Position numbers and translations under genes: made by a program. 64,000 nt of DNA. Source: Eledone cirrhosa. Its lineage: Eukaryota. Where the stretch lies: positions 8,742,001 to 8,806,000 of the forward strand of contig OZ024754.1 of assembly GCA_964016885.1 (NCBI GenBank). The letters run 5' to 3'. The notes beneath the pieces were generated by a model, which was not told the DNA's origin, ran no database searches, and was given only the letters and a program-made list of their open reading frames with translations. How positions within the stretch are numbered: the first letter of the stretch is position 1; each line of letters starts with the position of its first letter. Of this stretch, positions 14,216 through 26,284 are shown piece after piece.

Positions 14216-14393
14216 CTACTTAGCTATTGCATTGGCCAAGTCAGATTAAAATATATAAGTATATCAGATTAAAATATATTAATAAAAAAAACAAAACAAT
14301 TTGGTATAATTAAAGAAAAGTTATTGGATTTAATTAAAAAGGAGAAATTTAAATGTAATTTACTCATTCAAAACAAAAATTCTACATACCCAC

Positions 14394-14577
14394 CCAGAAT
14401 TCTCTCACCTCTTTCTGTTTAAACCAGCCATAACCGGCTGCTCATATTGATGTTAAGATATTGTTCTCAAAATAAATATCAAAATCTCATAGATTCGATA
14501 TTATGTGAGATAAAGCCTTTACTACAAAAATATGATAGTATAATAGTATAAGAGTAATGTAAATGCTAAAGGGTTAA
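14394..14577. mobile_element. TTAA MITE family 1 copy, one end truncated
   Basis: ccagaattctctcacctctttctg ... aaatgctaaagggttaa. Confidence 0.8.
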
Positions 14578-15099
14578 AGATATGACCTGGACCAAAAGTG
14601 GTGGAGCTCTACTAGGGAGGGGTTCCTCCAACAGGAGTGAAAAGGCCCTGGATTGCATTGGATAAAAATAGAATTCTACACTGCCTCTTTGCATGTTGTA
14701 TGAGGCAAGTAGCTAGAAGGGTTGGCATTAGGAAGGGCAAATGGCTTTAAGGCATTAAAAACAAAACTCCCATCTAATCTATGCCAGTATGGAAATATGG
14801 AGGTTAAAAGATAAGGGTGGTGATGATGATGATTATGATAATGACTTTATTATACACAGTAGCCCTGATTTTATACACACTAGCTGTTTATATACACTGT
14901 ACAACACCTCAATATAGAATTATAAAAGCTAGGCCTGACCTAAACCAAGCTGACATTTATAGCTAAAGGCCATTTTCATATGAATATACAATACTCAGTC
15001 AATAAACGCTGATTAGTTGAGCTTCACTGGAAACCAATATGGATATATCATCTATACACACTTTATTGTTTCTCTCTTTACAAAATATATTGATGACAG

Positions 15100-15660
15100 T
15101 AATAATTGTTTCTACTTTAGGCACAAGGCCAGCAATTATCCAGTGCATTACTGGTACTTTATTTTATCGACCCTGTAAGGATGAAAGGCAAAGTCAACCT
15201 CGGCGGGATTTGAACTCAGATCGTAAAGGGACGTAACTATGCTGGAAAGCATGACGTCCGACCCTCTACCGATACTGCCAATCTAAATAATAATGGTTTC
15301 TGATTTAGGCACAAGGCCAGTAATTTGGGGAGGGGAAAGTCCATTAAATTGACTCCAGTGCGTGACTGGTACTTTATTTCATCGACCCTGCAAAGATGAA
15401 AGGCAAAGCAAACCTCGGCAGGATTTGAACTCAGAACCTAAAGAGACATAATTCTATACCACAAAGCCTGTTTTGTGATGCTCTACCGATTCTGCCAATC
15501 CACCGCCCTTAACAATAGTAATGATTTCTACTATAGGCACAAGGCCAACAATGCGAGGACGGGAGGGGATGTGTGAAAGATCATTAAATCATCATCAGTC
15601 GGTGTTTTATTATATTGATCCTGGAAAGATGAAAAACAAAGGTGACTTCATCGGGATTTG
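15100..15660 (-). mobile_element. Head-to-tail array of three family A SINEs
   Basis: aggcacaaggcca recurs at about 15120, 15308 and 15535, each followed by core sequence. Confidence 0.85.
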
Positions 15661-15854
15661 AATAATCTTTAAAAGAAAAGAATAAAAAAGGTCAAGATAT
15701 GTTGGATAATATAGACACGGACAATGTTTGGGATAAAGTAGTTTGTGTACGAGTGTTTTGGCTTCTTGTAAAAGCAACCACGACTTGACATTCTACAGTA
15801 ATTCTTCACAGAAATCTTTTAATGTTTCGAGATTGATAAACAACAAGGATTTCT

Positions 15855-15899
<45 letters not shown>

Positions 15900-15939
15900 G
15901 TGCCACATTTAGACTAACTTCATTTCACTGGAATTATGC

Positions 15940-16420
15940 ACCACCACCGCAACAAATGCTAACCCCCCCTTCTACCTCCACTACCATTGCTCCCCTCCCC
16001 CCTTCTACCACCACCACCGCCACTACCATCACAACCAATGCCCCCCTCCCCCTTCTACCACCACCACCGCCACTACCATCACAACCAATGCTCCCCTCCC
16101 TCATCTACCACCACCACCGCCGCCACTACCATCACAACCATTGCCCCCTCCCCCTTCTACCACCACCACCACCATCACAACCAATGCTCCCCTCCCTCAT
16201 CTACCACCACCACCGCCACTACCATCACAACCATTGCCCCCCCCCCCCCCTCTACCACCACCACCGCCACTACCATCACAACCATTGCCCCCCCCCCCTT
16301 CTACCACCACCACCGCCACTACCATCACAACCATTGCCCCCCCCCCCCCCTTCTACCACCACCACCGCCACTACCATCACAACCAATGCCCTCCCCTTCT
16401 ACCACCACCACCGCCACTAA
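15940..16420. repeat. C-rich ~50-bp minisatellite
   Basis: ctaccaccaccaccgccactaccatcacaacca(t/a)tgcccc... about 8 times. Confidence 0.95.
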
Positions 16421-16589
16421 GCCTTAGGTTTACATGGTTTCGCTCTACTGAAATCACTGTCTGTACAGTTAGAATATAGAACATAAATTCTATAAGACAG
16501 GAAGTGTAAAATAATTTGTTATTATTAACTTGCTTCATCACTACTACCACTACCACTACTACAACTAATACCACTACTAACACCCTCTC

Positions 16590-16625
<36 letters not shown>

Positions 16626-16769
16626 CATACACTACCACCATCTCTGTATATACACACACACACTTCAACTACCATCTCTGAATATGTATACACACACACA
16701 CATACACTACTACAACTACTACCACGATCTCTTAATATATATACACACACACACTACCACGATCTCTTA

Positions 16770-16801
<32 letters not shown>

Positions 16802-16875
16802 TACCACGATCTCTTAATATATGTATGTATATATATATATATAGACACACACACATACACTACCACCATCTCTGA

Positions 16876-16944
<69 letters not shown>

Positions 16945-17465
16945 GCGTGTATGCAAATTTATACATACAAATATATATGTGAAAATATTTATATATACAC
17001 GCAATATCTATATATCTATATATGTATGTATATGTGTGTACGTATGCATATACATATATATTATACACACACACACACACACACACACATGCTTCTATTC
17101 AGTTTACACAAAGACAATCAGTGTATGTATGTGTAAGTACTATTTCAAAGATATAATAGAATTGAGGTCTGGAAGCATTATCATCGCCATCATCCTGTCA
17201 CCCAACCACTATTACTATCATCATTTTATGTGCGTTTTTTTTTCATGTTGTGTGCATTTTTATCATGGCACCAGCATAAGAGACTTTGTTAATTGTCACC
17301 TTTGATATGGCTGAAGAGTCCTCTCAACTTTGTTTGGCAGGCATGTTTTTTTTTTATATAGCTGGCTGCCTTTCCTAACATCATCTAGTTTAGAATAGGT
17401 ACAGTGATCTCAGCATGTTATTGGAAGAAACTAAAGGAGTTAGTATCAGGAAAGGCATTCAGACA

Positions 17466-17687
17466 TCAACCCTTTAGCATTTACATTGCTCTATACATGC
17501 TTTTGTAATTTCGTGGTAAAGAATTTATCTCTCACAATATCGAATCTATGAGATTTTGATGATGATGATATTTATTTTGAGAACAATACCCTAACATCAG
17601 TATGAGCAGCTGGTTACTGCTGGTTTAAACAGAAAGAGGTGAGAGAATTCTGACCAGATATGGCCGGTTTAAATACAAAAGGGTTAA
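17466..17687. mobile_element. TTAA MITE family 1 copy
   Basis: aaccctttagcatttac ... aaaagggttaa. Confidence 0.85.
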
Positions 17688-18534
17688 AGCATGCTTCAGA
17701 AAGGACCTCATGAGTACGATATTTAAGATAGGGTTCCTACAACTGAAACCTTGTTTTAGCTGAGAAAATGACTTTAAAATGCTTAATTATAATATGTGCT
17801 TTTTCGGAGTAAACACCCGCCTCTAAACAAACAAAACAAGAAAATATGAATCGTAAACTAAATTAATACATCATTATAATTGCAGAAATGAATTATTGAA
17901 TTAAGATGAGCAATTTCCACAGAACATCAGCCATTTTCTGTGAAAACTAACCAAAAACCAAAAATAAAACTAATTCATAATTAGACAGTGAAGGTTTCGT
18001 GGCAACCACCTCAGCCCCCACCCCTCAAGCACTACCACCACCACCACCATTGTGTTGACTCCTTTTCATGGCAACCACCTCAGCCACTACTCCCCCAGCA
18101 CTACCACTGTGTTGACTCTCCTTTTCATGGCAACCACCTCAGCCACTACTCCCCCACCACCACCACCACCACCACTGCTGTGTTCACTCTTCTAATACCA
18201 TACGCAAACACAATTTCTCACCGGAACATTCTTGCAAGTAAAGACTTACACATAAATGTATTGAATTACAAAAACAAATCAATCACTTATACAAACTGCA
18301 TAACTATGTTATACTTTATAGTATGGCAATGAGGAGGGTAGATAGAGTAAGAGACATAGGGAGGGGGAGATAGAGTAGCAAAGATACGAGAGAGGGAGAG
18401 AGAGTAACACAGATAGGGGGAGGGGATATAGAGTAACATAGGTAGGGGAGGGAGGGAAGAGAGAAAATATAATTCTATAATGTGCTGGTGTGTGCATTTA
18501 ACTTGATCTGTTGTGTCTAGCAGATCAAAGACAG

Positions 18535-18710
18535 AGACACTAACATAGTGGAGTGGTGGTGTAGGGGATGGACTAGGACTAACACTGCTAGTGGAGTGGT
18601 GGTGTAGGGGGGAGACTAGGACTAACACTGCTTGTGGAGTGGTGGTGTAGGGGGGAGACTAGGATTAACTGTGGTAATGTAGGGGGAGACTAGGACTAAC
18701 ACTGCTTACA
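18535..18710. repeat. ~44-bp minisatellite
   Basis: gtggagtggtggtgtaggggg...gactaggactaacactgct repeated. Confidence 0.85.
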
Positions 18711-18825
18711 GCAAACTATATCAAATAAGATAACCACATGTTTGGAACATGGTCTGACCATCATAGACTGATACAGGCACCTTGGTGATATTTTCATGGA
18801 AAATAAATAGAATTGAAAACCTGCC

Positions 18826-18875
<50 letters not shown>

Positions 18876-18879
18876 TGTC

Positions 18880-19095
18880 AATGTGTGGCTTATGCTTGTG
18901 AGATGTAGCAAAAGACCAGCAGATGTCTTTCACAGATGTTGCTTTAGGACCATACTTGGAATTTGTTGGTGTGATGTAATCACAAATGATGAGGTCATAG
19001 AAATGGCAAGGCTGAGTAATCTATGGAATACCATCACTGTTTAAAGAGAGCAGAAACTGCTTGGTCATGTGCTATATATTCCCATGAACAGGGCC
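18880..19095 (+). mobile_element. Degenerate RTE-like LINE fragment
   Basis: VFHRCCFRTILGICWCDVITNDEVIEMA...KLLGHVL with stops. Confidence 0.7.
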
Positions 19096-20199
19096 AGACT
19101 GTTACCTGCTCAGGCCCTAAACTATATGAAATTTGAGGCCCCTCTCTAAAAAAAAATAAAAAAAATAATTAAACATTATTATTTTTATATTAACGTTAAT
19201 GATAACATTTTTTTTGCAATGCATGGTATTGCTGTCCATAGGCAAGTCCCTAGCAGGACTAAGAAACCACGCCTGTGATGTTCATGCTTAAGTATCAAGT
19301 GATGACACAACTTGAAATCAAGTTGACCCCCCCGACAGCTGAGCTCTTGCCGTTTCAACAGCTAGTTCCAGACCAGGTCTGGAACTAGCTCTGAAAAAAT
19401 ACTGAAAAAAATACTGATTGAGAGAGAGAGAGAGAGAGAATGGAGGAGGTGGTGTGGGAAAAGAGAGTTGTGGAGGGTGAAAATCACAAAGAAGGCAATG
19501 ACTAAGTGATGACATGACAAGTTGTTAAGAGAAACATTGAATAATGCTGTTCCCACTCCCTACCAACATATATATATATATATAGAGAGAGAGAGATGAG
19601 AAGAGCAGGAATCAATAAACAATGAAGGACATGATCTGATGAGCCAAGCAGATGATGTGGTATTTATTGAATACATAACGCAGCAAGGACATCTCACTTA
19701 CTGAAGGTCATCTGGTCTCTTCGGGGGCCCATCACAAGCTAAATGTTAACATAACAGACATTCCATTAGAGACTGAAAGGGATACACAGAGTACACCGAC
19801 ATTATGTCATCAATTAATGGCATTATATTGGAATTTATTTATTTCACCTGTTTTTTAAATTTATTATTATTTTTTAAAACTAAAATTGACTCAGACTCGC
19901 TGCCAGTTTCCTTTGAATCTACAGATTATCTTTAAATAACAAACAACATTGTAAGCAAACTATCAGAGCAAGAAGAATGCAATTAAAAAATACAGCTTTA
20001 TGAGAGGGATAATTGAAGTAGCACTACTGCTGCTGCTACTACTACTACTGTTGCTGCTACTACAAGTCCAGACATCCTCCAAATGGATAGGAACTGACAT
20101 AAAATCATGAGAAGGGCCACAGTCCCATTCCTAGAATCGAGTTGTGAGGGAGCTACACTCAAAGGTCGTAGAGAAATAAGGGTGTTCTGTATTAGTATT

Positions 20200-20400
20200 A
20201 CTGCATGACAGTGTCTTGCCCTGACCCAGTTTTCATGTCCCCATATTGGAGCATTTATTGTGAGGAAGAGATGTATTTCACTGGTCAAGTGGTATATCTG
20301 CTGCTAATACCTTTCATGTTGACGGCATGGTATACCACGGCTGATGATGCACACAGGTTGCAGCATCTGCGGAGATTCCTGGATAAATTCTGATGTTGAT
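20200..20400 (+). mobile_element. Highly degenerate RTE-like LINE fragment
   Basis: QVVYLLLIP..LTAWYTTADDAHRLQHLRRFL loosely follows the post-RT RTE pattern (VY..L...W..T....RL....LRRIL). Confidence 0.3.
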
Positions 20401-22279
20401 TTAATCAACTACATTCATTTGTCATGAATGTTACAGCTCACACTTATATAGATACAGCCAGCCCAGCCTCCTGCGAAGTTGCATCTCTGAGGAGGTTTCT
20501 TGTGTGTTTTTAACGATAAGGACCTCCCAGCCTTTTACTACACACCATGGCCAAATATTTAGCAGCAGCAGCAGCAGCAGTATTAGTAGTAGTAGTAGTA
20601 GTAGTAGTAGTGGCAGTAGTAGCAGTAGTAGTAGTAAAGTGGAAAGAAACAGTGTTGGTGCAACACCAACCTGTTGGCACTCTTTCACCTTACAGATTTT
20701 AAATGTCTTTATAGTAAGGTCACAACTGCCAAATCAATGCCTCCCCTCCCACATTGCCTCCAGGGGCTTTGTGTTTTCATAATACGTCATCTTACACATC
20801 ATCATCCTCATCACCACCATCCTCTTCCTACACATCACCATCATCACCACCACCACCATTATACAGATTACAAGACTAAGTGACTATATATGTAGTATAC
20901 CTACCAGCTAGGAAGCCACCAACCCAGCCAATCATTTCGGTGGCGATAACAATAAAACTACTTGAGTCAGAAAAGACATTTCATTTGATCAATAATGACA
21001 GACAAGACTCCGAAACACAGTGGAAGACAAAATATGTACACACGTTACATACACACACACACATTACACCCACATACACGTTACACACACACACAGTTTT
21101 ATATTTAATAAGTTTTCCAGTAGCTGAATGCATATGTATACCATCAGACATACACACACACCATCACACACACACACACACACCATCACACACACACACC
21201 ACACTAGCTTTATTGTATGTAATAAGTTTTCCAGTAGCTGACTGCAGCACATTAGTTAGTCATCAGTTATTACACACTATTGACTCAGTTCCACACACAC
21301 ACACACACACACCTATTACATACACACACATACATACATACATACATGCACACCTACTATTGATTGTGGTACAAACTTAATTTCTTTAGTGTCTTTTTCA
21401 ACTAGTAGGGTAGCAGCATCCTGCACAACTATTGGAACTTGACAATAATAGATAAACACAGGAGTGTATGTATAGATATATGTATGTACCTATGTGCTTG
21501 TATGTATAGATTTGTATACACATGTGCAAGTATGTGTGTATGTGTGTATCATCATCATCATTTTATGTCCGCTTTCCCTTGCTTGCAGAGAGAGAGAGAG
21601 AGAAGAGAGAAGTAGTAAGGGGGAGAAAGTGAGGCAGAAAGAAAGAGATAGAGATAAAAAACGACCATTAATTTATGATGATGATGATTGTGTATGTATG
21701 TATGTGTGTGTATGTATGTATGTATGTATGTATGTGCATGTATTAAAGTTACCGTTTCCTTTGCTATACCAGTTAATTGTAATTCTAAGAACTACTGCAA
21801 CAGTGAGGCTCTTTAAGAAATTAAGCAAAGGAATATTGGATTGGCTTCTTTTCGAAAAATGGTTTTCCAATCTATTAGACACTCATCTTGCTAACATCCT
21901 TTTGAATGAAACAGATTCGAAAATCACTATCAAGAGCAATAATGAAATTAATAATGATTCCTACTATAGGCACCAAGGCCAGCAATTTGGGGGGAAGGGG
22001 AAAATTGATTACATCAACCCCAGAGCATTACTGGTGCTTAATCTTATCGACCATGTAAAGATGAAAGGCAAAGCTAACCAACTCAAAATCTAAAGGGCTG
22101 TAACTATGCCACTAAGCATGTTGTCCAATGCTCTACCAATTCTGCCAACAATAATGGTTTCTGGTTTAGGCACAAAGCCAACAATAATTTTTGGGGGAGA
22201 AGGGAAAAAAAAAATCAATTATATCAACTCTTGTACGTTACTGTTACTTAATTTTATGGCTACAAAATAGATAGCAAAA

Positions 22280-22480
22280 TAATAAATCATCTGATTTATA
22301 TGGAGGACTTGAAGCTGGATGCCAAAACTGACAACGAATTGGAAGGACTGCTGAAAACAGTCAAGGTGTTCAGCGATGATGTGGAGAAAAATGTGCCAAA
22401 ACAACAGTCAAGAATGACAAACACAAACTCAATGGAACTAGATGTGTATACAGTAATTAGGGAACAAGAACAAGCCTACA
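22280..22480 (+). mobile_element. R4/Dong-type non-LTR retrotransposon RT fragment
   Basis: INHLIYMEDLKLDAKTDNELEGLLKTVKVFSDDV...KCAK matches the INHLLYMDDLKLY...FSDDIGM.FGL.KCA pattern. Inserted among SINE pieces. Confidence 0.8.
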
Positions 22481-22699
22481 ATTGGAACACAATTAAATCA
22501 ACAGCCGTTGTTAACTGGGAAGGGGGTACTTTACTTTACTGACCCTGAAAAGATGAAAGGGCAAAGTCAACCCTGGCATAAATTAAACACAGAAGTTAAT
22601 GTGCTGTAACTAAACACTACATACTACAAGGTATTTTGTACAATGTTAGATTTGTCCTTCATGATGTGACAATCAATGTTTGACAAAAGTCTGCAAAGT

Positions 22700-22972
22700 C
22701 AGAGCAAAGAGTTACGGCTCTTTATGGTCTGAGTTCAAATCCCGCTGAGGTTAACTTTGCCTTTCATCCTGATGGGGTCGATAAAATAAAGTACCAGTAA
22801 TGCACTGGGATAATTGCTGGCCTTGTGCCAAAAGTAGAAACAATTATTAAAACACCCAGTAATACACTGGGGATAATTGCTGGCCTTGTGACAAAAGTAG
22901 AAACAATTATTAAAACACCCTGTAATACACTGGGGATAATTGCTGGCCTTGTGACAAAAGTAGAAACAATTA
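22700..22972 (+). mobile_element. SINE family A with ~62-63-bp tail triplicated
   Basis: gtaat(g/a)cactggg(g)ataattgctggccttgtg...gaaacaattatt three times. Confidence 0.85.
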
Positions 22973-23606
22973 TTTGGATAATGTACATGTGCATGATGGT
23001 ATACACATTATACAATATATGATAAAAAACCTCAGGCAGGCAAATTTCTAACTAGGGGCTGATCAAGAAACCTTGCAAATCTAGAATTACTGACTATGAA
23101 GAGCAAGTATTCCACAGCCGATAGGCATATGTAGATTTACTGGCGACTAGCACCTCCCTCTCCAACTCTGGAACCTGGAAAAGTTGATGATGGCTTGACC
23201 AAAGTCATTCAATCAAGTCCACATCACACTAGAACCTCATAAGTGTTGTATATATCTGTGTGTCCGTGTCCATGGTCTGCAGCTTAGCAGTTTCACAAAA
23301 AGGGGTTGATAAAATATGTAGCAGATTTGGGGGAAAAAAAAAAAAAGTACTGGGGTTGATATGATTGACTAAATCTCTCCAAGGCAGTGCTCCAGCATGG
23401 CTGGTTGCAGTCTAACAACTAAGACCAGTAAAATAAAATAAAAGAATGATAAAACTATGCAATAAGTGTAGGGGGAAAGGAAAAGAGAAGGAATGGTGGA
23501 TGTTCTGTGGTGGTTATATAGTTGTAAGTAGACAAGAATCGAGCAGGTTGGCTGGTTGATTGGTGGGTTGGTGTGCATTTCTATATCTCAGGTATATTTG
23601 GGAGAC

Positions 23607-23695
<89 letters not shown>

Positions 23696-23852
23696 CTAAT
23701 ACATTCCATTGAAGAGTCAGTCATAGCTAGAGCCAGTGCGTTTAGACTAGAAAAGTGGTGGTTGTGGTGGTGGTGGTGGGGACAACTAAATAAAGAGAAG
23801 GGATATGCAAGTTTCAACATGAAGATAGAGCACAATAAGGCTCAAAAATCGA

Positions 23853-24380
23853 TTAAACATTTCATGACCATATTTTTAATCAAATATACTCTATGTACAT
23901 TAATTAGTGAAGAATTTTGAGGGACTTAACTAAAATTATTAATTATTTCATTACTAAGAATGACCATATTTCTAATGAACTATATTCTATTTCATTTAAT
24001 TAGTGAAGAATTTTGAGGGACTTAACTAAAATTATTAATTATTTCATTACTAAGAATGACCATATTTCTAATGAACTATATTCTATTTCATTTAATTAGT
24101 GAAGAATTTTGAGGGACTTAACTAAAATTATTAATTATTTCATTACTAAGATGACCATATTTCTAATGAACTATATTCTATTTCATTTAATTAGTGAAGA
24201 ATTTCGAGGGACTTACTAAACTTATTAATTATTTCATTATCAAGATAGTAACTTAACATATGGTTCTTATATGAAATCATGTTAGAAGATTTTGATTTAA
24301 ATAAAAACCCTTTTAAAATGAATGCTTCCATTTCACAGAATCAGAGCAAATAGCAGCTGAGATGGGATGAAAAGGGTGTT
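23853..24380. mobile_element. Older TTAA-ended MITE family 2 copy with 96-bp x4 tandem expansion
   Basis: atgaccatattt units start at 23864, 23960, 24056 and 24151. Related diverged copies near 4290-4540, 6660-6876, 26581-26790, 28178-28410, 41227-41436, 46484-46722 and 63369-63500. Confidence 0.65.
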
Positions 24381-25102
24381 AGGAAGGAATTTCATATTGT
24401 TCAATATGGAGAGGAGTAGGGAGGGATACGCAAATTTGACATGTTTATATACCTATACATATACTGTACTTAAGGTGTATATTTTTATATACACATTCAG
24501 AGAGTCTAGGTTAATCCTGTACTGTTTATATGTAGTGGTGGTAAATGTATATACAAAGGCTAAAGGAAGCAGAACTGGAAAAATTCTTAACCAGATTGAA
24601 ACAGCAGTCAGGCTTTTTTCTATTTATTTACCTACCTACCTACCTATCTACCTACCTATCTATCTTTGTGTATGTACAAGCCACAGCTAGCCTTCAGTTT
24701 CTGGTAAGTTCAACTAAACAGTAGTGGAAACACATCCTCACATTTTCCTCCCTTCTTCTTCTTCTTCCACTACCAACTAAATCCACCCCTTTTTCTTTAT
24801 TTAAACAACTGAATTACCAAAACAATGGCTCTCTTTTATTCTTCTAGTGCACCATTGATTCAGCAGAGAGAGAGAGAGAGAAATTACTGGTGAATCCCAA
24901 AAGGGTGGATGATGATGATGATGATGATGAGAAGAAAACTATAAAGAGTTGTGAATATCGAGAATGATAGATGGATGGACAGATGAAATGAAGGAGGGAA
25001 GATGGAGAGGGAAGACGGAGAGGGAAGACGGCAGCAACAAATGAGAAAGGATGACTCAGTCGACATTACGTTTTTATAGACTATCAAGGAGGGCACTATT
25101 TG

Positions 25103-25395
25103 AATAATAATAATTGTTTCTATTTTAGGCACAAGGCCAGCAATTACCCAGTACATTACTGGTACTTTATTTTATCGACCCCGTAAGGATGATGATTTCT
25201 AGTATAGGCACAAGGCCAGCAATTTAGGGGAGGAGAAAGTAGATTAAATCGACCCCAGTGCGTGACTGGTACTTTATTTTATCGACCCCGTAAGGATGAA
25301 AGGCAAAGCTAACCTCGGCAGGATTTGAACTCGGAGTGTAAAGGGCCGCAACTCTATGCCACAAAGCATGGTGTCTCACGCTCTACCGATTCTGA
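25103..25395 (-). mobile_element. Tandem pair of family A SINEs
   Basis: Truncated short-tail copy followed by a full long-tail copy. Confidence 0.85.
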
Positions 25396-26079
25396 TGTGT
25401 GTGTGTGTGTGTGTGTGTATGTAAAGAGGATAAGATATTAATGAAAGATTAGTAACATCATTATTCATCTTAGTACTCCACAACAAACTAGTGTAGATAT
25501 TATTTAATACCGGTAAATCCATGGTTTACTTGTACTAAATAGATACAGACGCACATATATATATATATATATGTGCGCGCGTGTGTATGTGTGTGTATAT
25601 ATATATATATATATCACAGGAAATGAAGTTTAAACTGTAATTTAAGTGTTTTCCATATTATTATTATATCTTTATAGATACAAGTTCCCACTATCTTAAA
25701 TACATGACTCCACACCTCTTATGGTATTTAAATAAAATTACGTTCCTTAGATCCACTCACACAGGTTATATATAGTGTCCCAAAAATGTATACACATATG
25801 TGGTATAAAGTTATGTATATATATATATATATATATATATAAAGAAGGAAGTGGATATTTATTTGTAAGAGTCTAAAAACATCTGGAACGGTTCAGTACC
25901 ATTCCATATTTAATATATTATTTTATATGATTTTTTAGATCTGTTTCCAATGAAGACGAATCACACACACACACACACGTATATATATATAGAAATGGCT
26001 TCTATATTAACACTCTGCTATGTATTGAGTACCTTACTTACTGCGGCTAACCCCGATTGAACCCGGGATAAACACACAC

Positions 26080-26155
<76 letters not shown>

Positions 26156-26219
26156 AGTGAATTTTCAACCGTCAAGGTTGTTTTCCACAGCTATGTCACT
26201 ATTTATAAAACAAATTTGG

Positions 26220-26284
26220 TATTTTATCTGATGAAAACGAACCAAGACTGCCTTGGTTGCCCTTGAAATATATATAATAAAATA
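26220..26284 (+). ncRNA. Type I hammerhead ribozyme
   Basis: UAUUUUAU-CUGAUGA-AA-acg-AACCAAG-acugc-CUUGGUU-gccc-UU-GAAA-U-AUAU-AUA^AUAAAAUA. Perfect 8-bp stem I, 7-bp distal stem II, palindromic minimal stem III. Confidence 0.75.

Noticed and set aside
15940-16420. Pro-rich extensin/formin-like ORFs
   Set aside because: C-rich minisatellite open in all frames. Its minus strand could form G-quadruplexes, but nothing supports function.
19695-19745. Minus-strand AG...GTAAGT pseudo-exon
   Set aside because: Stop codon in the phase-1 frame, weak pyrimidine tract, and overlap with a gggcccc transposon-like end.
23095-23200. Minus-strand acceptor cttttccag followed by GC-richer sequence
   Set aside because: All three frames hit stops and none resembles the expected MAST RKSL/SPTLPR/SPLDSPR segment.
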